NCBI GenBank assembly: GCA_964016885.1
Contig: OZ024750.1
Coordinates: 44,268,001 to 44,332,000, forward strand
Direction: 5' to 3'
Origin: Eledone cirrhosa
Taxonomy: Eukaryota
DNA: 64,000 bases
The notes under the pieces are model-generated. The model was not told the origin of the DNA, made no database searches, and worked only from the letters and a program-made list of their open reading frames with translations. Positions 60,306-64,000 of this stretch are shown in pieces (the stretch's first letter is position 1; every line of letters starts with the position of its first letter). The position numbers were made by a program, and so were the translations under genes.

Positions 60306-60362
<57 letters not shown>

Positions 60363-60363
60363 G

Positions 60364-60716
<353 letters not shown>

Positions 60717-60727
60717 TATATATATAC

Positions 60728-60772
<45 letters not shown>

Positions 60773-60818
60773 GAAAAGTATAGAAATTATTGTAGCAAGA
60801 AGCCAACAGTATTCCATA

Positions 60819-60889
<71 letters not shown>

Positions 60890-60894
60890 GTATA

Positions 60895-61611
60895 TAGTCG
60901 CATATATGCGACGTTATAGTCGCATATATGTTATAGAATGCCGTTAGCTTCTTGCTAAAACAATCTCTATACCTCTCATTTATATTTATACTCGGATTCT
61001 TTTCCTAGAGTGCTTAAACTATCTGTGACTAATCCCGGTTTTTTTCATAAAAACTGTGATAATTATTGCTATTTTGCTGAACTCCTTTGTAGAGTTTTTT
61101 TCAGAATGTATTTGACTGCTATTTCTTGTAAATAAACATTCACTTCCATCCTGACGTCACTAGCCCCGTTTTTTCCTCATGTGCTTTTTCATAAATACAC
61201 ATGAAGGCGAACTAGCCAGTTTTAGAATTCCCTTTTTCGGATTATATTACTGTGAGAGCCCTGGTTTTCTGTTGAGCTCTGCTGATGATTGAAATTCCAA
61301 CCGTGACCATCTCCACTGAAAGTTTTCATGAAATAGTCTTTTAAGACTATACAGAGCATTTGATGTTATTCCAAATTGAAGGATAAGTGTTTCAAACTTT
61401 ATTTTATCATGAGTTAAAGGTCTATAGATTTTCCCTGGATTTTACTAAATTCTGTGGATGAATTTATATCCTGATTCTCTTTTGAGATGAGTTTGAGTTA
61501 TTTTTCCTAAATCTTTCGTTAACTACTTTTCCCATCTTGACGTTATAGTCGCATATATGTTATAGAATGCCGTTAGCTTCTTGCTAAAACAATCTCTATA
61601 CCTCTCATTTA
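60895..61611 (+). mobile_element. Family H non-coding element with 72-bp direct terminal repeats
   Basis: gacgttatagtcgcatatatg..tacctctcattta at 60910 and 61539. Short 5' fold-back gtcgcatatatgcgac, GAGTGCT at 61008, and an inverted relative at 60769-60818. Confidence 0.7.
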
Positions 61612-61762
61612 TATATATATATATATTTTTTTTTTGATCATGTGAATGCCAATATTTATTAATATTCTGAAGAAATATTAATAGTTCCAGAAAATCTAGC
61701 TGTTGAGTGCTTCTAATCTATTGTAAAACTATATTCATTGATTAATCAATGAATATAGTTTT

Positions 61763-61803
<41 letters not shown>

Positions 61804-61807
<4 letters not shown>

Positions 61808-64000
61808 TTAATAATAAAATTGAAGACTAAAATCCAGAGGGCTCGATAAGGAAAATATATATCAAATATATAAGAACCGAAGAGCAAATATTTATTAAAA
61901 TAACAGATTAAAGTTTAAGCAAAGAATCGCTGCTTTCACCCTTAACGGGATCTTCTGAAACTAACAAAGTCAATCTGTAAACGCAGAACTGGATATTTCA
62001 AAAACCGTTGCAACCGGAGGAAGACAGGAAGACGATACTTTGGTTCATGGTGACGTTCGCTGGCAAAGAACGGGAAAAAACGAATAATACGTCATTAATA
62101 GGAGCGGTGAAAAACAATTACGTGCAAGGACAGAACCACGTTTATGGTATAAAAGCGGTCGTAGACTAATGTTCTCTAAGTGGTGCATAGAGACGTTCTC
62201 TGGCAATGAACGAAAAAACGAAGATAATAAGTCATATGTGGAGCGTGGAGAACAATAGCGTGCAAAGACAAAACCACGTAAATGTTATAGCAGAAGTCGT
62301 AGACTAAAATTCTAACTAGGAGACCGAATGAATCTCCGCTACAGAGTTAAGAATAAAGTAAATAAATACAATACAGAAGTAATAGGAACAAATAAATACA
62401 TACACGCAAACAGATACGTACATACACAAGCATACGCAAAACCTTACCATAGGTATACAAAACCACGCACATATAAATATGTGTATGTGTGTATGCCTGT
62501 GTACAAATAAATAAATAATTATATAAACGTATATAAGTAAATAAATACGTATATAACAAACGCACACACATACCTACAAATAAATACATGAAGGTTCGGA
62601 GACGTAAGTCAACTAAAACGAGAAGTACACATATACACCCACCCACCATACGTACGAACCTGCATACTCACGCAGACGCGAAACTCCCATATACACATAG
62701 CCAAGCCCTAAATACCAGAATATGTAAAAATTATACGCCAAAACAGTCAAATATACGTACGAGAAGGTATACATACCTTCACAAAACATACGGGTAATAT
62801 ATACTTACCTATGCAAAAAGTAAAGGAATAAACAAAACATATACTTAGCTCCCACATCAAGACGTAAATATCCACGTATAGATCGTGCTATCCGTTACGG
62901 TATAACGTAGGGCTGTAATACAGGAAAGTTTTGTGCAATTTATGTTTACAAGCCGAAATTGCCTCAGATTTTTTGTTTAAGATGTGGTCTGTGGCGTAGA
63001 GTATTTCCAGGGCCTCAGCGGCGCAGAGGTCACATGGTCTTTTATTTCCGTTATACGATCTAGCCCTAGCTAGGATCTCCCAGTGTAACTTATATTGGGT
63101 GTGGTTGTCTTTTAGACTCCAGATATAAGCTGAAAGTGACGTCATATTCCTTCTTAGAGGGTAACGAAAAGAATGGGTATGCATGTAAAGACGCTGCTTG
63201 AAACTATTGGCGGTTAACCCTATGTAGGCCCTACGGGACGTGGGTGTTACAACCTTACATTTGTAGACAATGTTACTAGAGAGGCATTTCCCGGATAGGG
63301 GACAATCAGCCCGATTCCTACAATTACAGTTAGTACTAACTACAGGGTTGCACGTGTTCCTACGGCTAGGTATTTTAGCTAAATTTGAAGCTGTGATGTT
63401 ATGTGCAAGGTTAGGAGTCGTTGAGTAAGAAATTTTAATAGTGTTTCTATTAAAAATTTTACTATATTTATGTGTAGGGGGAAAATGCTTCCTAAATTGG
63501 AAAGAAAGATCTTAGCTAATGGTGTGGCCACCTCCATATTATATGGTGGGTTAAACCAACAAATGCGACGGGATCTATTTCTTCTAGGTCTATTCTCGTA
63601 CTCTGTATATGCTACCTTATCGACAAATCCACTTCGAGCAAGAGCTTCATTGTAATAAGTGGAATGGTCGTTGAAAATGCGCTCGTTGCTGGAAAGACGG
63701 GAAAGCCTCAACGAAACGTTTTTTACCAGATTCTTGGTTATGCTGGCAGGACGGTTGGAATGCTTACTTATGTAATTAAGCGTATCATTCGGCTTTCTAT
63801 ACGGGTAATGCAACCCATTCAATAAATTGAGGGTAACGTCGAGGTAATTAACGACTGAGAGATTGGCCTCAACCTGTATAGAGAGGTTGAAGCCTTTAAA
63901 GAAGGCTGTGAGTTCTTTTCTGAATCTGTCGCAAGCACGAGGTCCGCACTTAGTCATGGTCAAAAGGCCATCGTCACGGTACAAACCACCGCCCGCGTTG
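61804..64000 (-). mobile_element. Penelope-like retroelement (Naiad-like), 3' portion; continues beyond the window
   Basis: RT C-terminus and GIY-YIG coding region, then an ~1.08-kb 3' UTR ending in (TA)n at about 61803. The terminus is shared with the family J hairpins. Confidence 0.88.
62888..64000 (-). pseudogene. PLE reverse transcriptase-GIY-YIG ORF with a 1-nt frameshift near 63495
   Basis: Frame 1: YRDDGL..VNYLDVTLNL..PYRKPN..WFNPPY. After the shift: KHFPPTHKYSKIFNRNTIKISYS..CNCRNRADCPLSGKCLSSNIVYKCKV..AYIGLTANSFKQRLYMH..LSAYIWSLK..CDLCAAE..LNKKSE..CKH, with stop at 62888. Confidence 0.88.

Noticed and set aside
61804-64000. Selenocysteine recoding/SECIS, as reported for some Naiad PLEs
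   Set aside because: Cys codons in the zinc-linker read TGT/TGC and I see no in-frame TGA in the visible ORF. The ATGAC motifs in the 3' UTR lack a correctly spaced AA loop and helix.

Overview
Very AT-rich animal genomic DNA saturated with microsatellites ((TA)n, (CA)n, (TACA)n, (GGT)n, (GA)n). The repeat landscape suggests a mollusc, probably a cephalopod such as octopus (inference, not proven). There is one real protein-coding gene: an intronless FoxQ2 (fd102C-type) forkhead factor at 19337-20743, with a C-terminal EH1-like motif and a CCAAT/AP-1 proximal promoter. Most other ORFs in the track are microsatellite artefacts or incidental frames within repeats. The right end holds a frameshifted Penelope-like retroelement (RT C-terminus + GIY-YIG, Naiad-like). 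The main non-coding pattern is some 30 short elements (100-600 bp) from about 10 unrelated sequence families, all sitting inside (TA)n tracts. Most are fold-back hairpins with an unpaired 3' tail. Many carry minimal type-I hammerhead ribozymes with palindromic stem III, including a U3-A8 core variant, and most share a GAGYRCT-like motif 35-60 nt from the 3' end. One family is the 3' terminus of the autonomous Penelope-like element. Also present are tRNA-derived SINEs (some in 130-bp tandem arrays), an RTE fragment, two Tx1/L1-like 3' ends inserted in (GATA)n, pogo/Tigger-type MITEs and a 70-bp minisatellite. All coordinates were read by eye and may be off by a few bases.
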